Source: Octopus vulgaris (lineage: Eukaryota). Taken from it: a DNA stretch of 64,000 nt. A program made the translations under genes and the position numbers. The notes beneath the pieces were generated by a model. The model was given only the letters and a program-made list of their open reading frames with translations, did no database searches and was not told where the DNA came from. The stretch lies in the NCBI GenBank assembly GCA_951406725.2, contig OX597814.1, positions 114,328,001-114,392,000 of the forward strand, given 5' to 3'. Of this stretch, positions 63,881 to 64,000 are shown in pieces; the first letter of the stretch is position 1, and each line of letters begins with the position of its first letter.

Positions 63881-64000
63881 ATTCTCCCCCAAATTTTAAT
63901 GCTTTTAGTTTGGATTTTTTTGGGGCAGCCAGATTTGAAATGTCTCAAGTGTAACTGCCCGAAACTGTAAGGACAATTTGGTAACTTGACTGATGAGAGG

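Overview
AT-rich, repeat-dense eukaryotic DNA. The SINE, MITE and Helitron families and the microsatellites look octopus-like (cephalopod); this is inference from memory, not a search. One real gene is present: GPN-loop GTPase 1 (GPN1/XAB1) on the + strand, with 11 coding exons from 2163 to the stop at 40744 (1002 nt, 333 aa; the P-loop first exon lies upstream of the window). It contains a U12-type (minor spliceosome) GT-AG intron at 4834-8536. The rest is mobile-element debris: tRNA-derived SINEs, CR1-, R4/Dong- and RTE-like LINE 3' ends, Tc1/mariner, piggyBac-, hAT- and Mutator-like MITEs, and non-autonomous Helitrons including a head-to-tail array and a RepHel relic. The most notable observations are: (i) Penelope-type minimal hammerhead ribozymes in inverted-repeat elements, one family fused to a tRNA-like Pol III head; (ii) combinatorial head/tail swapping among TSD-flanked SINEs; (iii) a possible decayed minus-strand gene downstream of GPN1. 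Most of the supplied ORFs are microsatellite or SINE artefacts. Coordinates were counted by hand and repeat boundaries are approximate.
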